Origin: Octopus sinensis
Taxonomy: Eukaryota
DNA length: 64,000 bases
Direction: 5' to 3'
NCBI RefSeq assembly: GCF_006345805.1
Contig: NW_021825323.1
Coordinates: 124,001-188,000 of the forward strand
Positions 62,176 through 64,000 of this stretch are shown piece by piece (position 1 is the first letter of the stretch; every line of letters begins with the position of its first letter). Made by a program: the position numbers and the translations under genes. A model generated the notes under the pieces. It did not search any database. It was not told where the DNA came from and worked only from the letters and a program-made list of their open reading frames with translations.

Positions 62176-62585
62176 ATGGTAGGAAAGGGACCTAGTCTGA
62201 AGAAATCTAAGATATCTGCTAGTGCTAGAGCTGGAGTAATTTTTCCAGTGGGAAGAATTAAACGACTTTTAAAAAGTTGCTTTAATTAACCATTACCGTT
62301 CAATTAGTGTCAACAGGTTTGAGAGTTGGGGAGTGTGCTGCAGTATACTTTTCAGGAGTGATGGACTATTTGCTATCTGAATTGTTAGAGTTATCGGGTC
62401 ATCAATCAATAAAGTGCAACAAGACGAGAATAACTCCGAGGCATATTCAAACTGCAGTTCGCAACGACGAAGAATTTCGAGAATTACTTAAGGGCGTTAT
62501 ATTTCTCAATGGAGGGGCAGTTTTTAGTCAAAGGCCTATCAAACCGGTTATTGACTCACAGGTAATCGCAAGCCAGGACTATTGA
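62176..62585 (+). CDS. H2AX: Divergent histone H2A.X-like protein (2 exons)
   Basis: MVGKG...SARAGVIFPVGRIKRLLK|...RVG..AAVYFSGVMDYLLSELLELSG...RITPRHIQTAVRNDEEF..LL. C-terminal ASQDY*. 32-nt intron at 62276-62307. Confidence 0.85.
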
Positions 62586-62639
62586 GTTTACTTAATTTTT
62601 TTTTCAATGAATACTTTTTTCTTTTTTATCCATTCATAT

Positions 62640-62983
62640 TAGGCAGATTTTATTTAAACAGAAACTTCTGTTGAAGATGAGTTTTGCGATTACAATAAAC
62701 AAGGCTAACGGACATTCGTTAAAGATAGTTGGCTTATTTTTAAAGAGAGAGTTCTTTTCTTATGAACAACTGTATGTGGGATGTTCAAAGGTAGGTAGAA
62801 GAGAAAATTTATTCATATATGCCAAGGAAGGACGGACAACAAACATCGTTTATCAACAGGCGTTGGAATAGGGCTACATCAAACCGGGTCGTTTAATATA
62901 TTTACTTGAACTTATAGTTGTTTGATGAAAAAGGCACTTCGCAGGAGCTAAGTCGCGGTGAGCGAAGCTAGCTGCCGAGCTAG
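62640..62983 (+). mobile_element. Helitron 3' end (helicase C-terminus and terminal CTAG)
   Basis: PVKMSFAITINKANGHSLKIVGL...FSYEQLYVGCSKVG...TTNIVYQQALE*, followed by the GC-rich gcggtgagcgaagctagctgccgagCTAG|T. Confidence 0.85.
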
Positions 62984-63129
62984 TTTTATAATATTTATTT
63001 TGACAAAATCGATTTTAAAATAGAATTCGAATATTTTTTTGAATTTTTTATGTCTAAACTGTAACCACCTAGGCTCATGACGTAATTAATCCTTAAAAAA
63101 TTCTGAAATTGTCAAGATATACTTTTAGG

Positions 63130-63960
63130 AGGCAGCTATTTTCAGGCACAGACCACACCAGAAACGAGGAAGTGTGTAGTCGAGGGTGTGCGTCGTAATG
63201 AAAAACTCGGCTCAATGCACAAAACTTATTTCATGCCTTGAACAAGTGCTAAAGTACTACGTTGGCTTGATCGAATTCGAGCCGAGTGAGTACGATGAAA
63301 TGGACCTCATTGTCCGAAGATTACTCCGAGAGAATCACGTCCACGTGTTGGCAAGCAATAAGGAGAGATATACTTGTCTCGTGGGCAGCTAAGACGTGGA
63401 CTGAGTAACATCGTACACTTAAGTGAGCGAATTCTTACCAAGATGCACGAGACCTTGTGGAGTGTGTCAAGTGTATTTCAAAAGAAGGCTGCCATCTTTG
63501 CTGCTTAAAACTCGTGGTACACACCTGGGGACCATAAAAGGCTAAGTGTCGGCTAAGTATGGTCTGGCTGTTACCCAAGTTAATGTGAAGGAGTTGATCA
63601 AACGTCAGAGGGAATCGCTAATAAAAAAGAACAATTTAAAAGTTATTCACAAGACTCATTTTAGCAGCCTGGACAATCCGCAAATTGAAGTATCGTCGGC
63701 ATCAACGTGGCTGAAGATGGGAATAACTCTCCCCAATCAGAAGAACTATTTTTATATTTTCAGGATAGGAACTGTTTAATGGTCAACGGAAAAAGTGTAG
63801 CCACTGTAAAAGTAAGGCGGTGACCGTTAACCATTTAACCACGAAGTACAGGAGTATGTTGTATCATTATTACATATATAGCCATAACGAAGTGATAAGG
63901 TCCCTCTATCTTTTGCTCTGCATAAGTATGCTTGAATTATTTCAAATTAAACGTTAGTCT
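63130..63960 (+). mobile_element. R4/Dong-like non-LTR C-terminal remnant
   Basis: VRRLLRENHVH...SNKER..RGQLRRGLSNI, STWLKMG, KCSHCK...VNHL, HNEVI. Homologous to 9.6-10.4 kb. Confidence 0.8.
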
Positions 63961-64000
63961 AACCCAAAAAAGTTTTCTAATAATAAAATAGTACCGAGAT

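Noticed and set aside
1-64000. CRISPR array, rRNA genes or a bacterial operon (GALM/ALG1 sugar genes)
   Set aside because: No regularly spaced repeat-spacer units and no rRNA signatures were seen. The sugar genes carry spliceosomal introns and are eukaryotic.

Overview
Eukaryotic, AT-rich, metazoan-type DNA. Eight host genes with ultra-short GT-AG introns (about 23-40 nt where I traced them by hand) sit as islands among transposable elements. The genes are ZDHHC6, GALM, ALG1, a TSNAXIP1-like gene, clathrin heavy chain, a strongly divergent EF-1alpha-like GTPase, ARL8 and a divergent H2A.X. The repeats include at least eight CRE-like (REL-endonuclease) non-LTR pieces, R4/Dong-like fragments, several APE-type LINE families, Tc1/IS630, Tigger, Buster-type hAT elements, a Helitron 3' end and three Ginger/TDD-like integrase elements. 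A six-element nested stack spans 25.4-33.9 kb. The mix of animal-type genes, a cilia/flagella-associated gene and tiny introns suggests a reduced parasitic animal such as a dicyemid or orthonectid; this is inference only. I found no rRNA, tRNA or CRISPR array. Best leads: (1) integrase transposons carrying host-type micro-introns at different positions in each family; (2) the EF-1alpha paralog with intact GTPase motifs but an eroded tRNA-binding domain; (3) an intronless, decayed ORF island of unknown origin at 38.5-41.0 kb with a second fragment at 35 kb; (4) unexplained direct repeats of 27 and 28 bp at insertion junctions. All coordinates and translations are from hand reading, and many TE boundaries are approximate.
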